A stretch of DNA of 64,000 nucleotides from assembly GCA_030704615.1 (NCBI GenBank), contig CM060732.1:6944001-7008000 (forward strand), read 5' to 3'. This document shows positions 63,655-64,000 of the stretch, one piece after another. Below the pieces are notes generated by a model, which was not told the DNA's origin, did no database searches, and saw only the letters and a program-made list of their open reading frames with translations. Made by a program: the position numbers and the translations under genes. Numbering within the stretch: position 1 is the stretch's first letter; the number at the start of each line of letters is the position of its first letter. The DNA is from Takakia lepidozioides. Taxonomy: Eukaryota; Plantae; Bryophyta.

Positions 63655-64000
63655 TGGGGCAAAGGGAATCCATCATATGGATATTTGCAATTGCATTTTT
63701 ATGCATTAGACTTTGTTTTGCAGTGTAATGAAATGCACCCCAAAACTCCAGGAATGAGACAGATAATATTAAAGTAATCTCTTTTAAACACTATGGACTT
63801 CTGGATATCCGTTGACGTCCAGTGGCAATTCAATGTCGAAACAGAATCCATAATAAGATGGCGGTAGGAAAAATTTGCAGATCTTCCAGAAAACTGAGTT
63901 CTAACAGTAGCAGTTGTGGAGGCCATTTTCTAGAAAAATGGCGCCGAATTTCCCTATTTTGGGCCAAAAACTGGCTAAGTCCCAATATGTACGGGAACGA
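63655..64000 (+). mobile_element. Family B subterminal region (runs off the window)
   Basis: Similar to 38725-38940, including the palindrome GAAAAATGGCGCCGAATTTC at ~63933. Confidence 0.75.

Overview
This is eukaryotic DNA, most likely from a land plant: it has GT-AG introns and a PLS-class PPR gene fragment. It is made almost entirely of nested, truncated and inverted transposable elements, and it contains a 500-N assembly gap. The dominant component is a Mutator-like (MULE) DNA transposon, present as two related families (A and B) plus a transposase fragment of a third (C). Its reconstructed architecture is: TIR <- multi-exon gene encoding a ParB/Srx-like domain and a C-terminal beta-class DNA amino-methyltransferase fold <- array of regularly spaced ~22-30-bp palindromes -> GCM-like/DDE/SWIM transposase -> TIR. 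The palindromes differ between families by compensatory changes yet keep a 53-bp spacing. This suggests a transposon-encoded, parS-like binding-site array with a ParB-MTase effector, the candidate novel system here. Also present are fragments of a Ty3/gypsy LTR retrotransposon with a long extra 3' ORF, and a LINE whose ORF2 carries a 2A-like peptide, a chromodomain and a PCIF1/CAPAM-like methyltransferase fold. No copy of any gene is fully intact. All domain calls come from motif recognition by eye, not from database searches.
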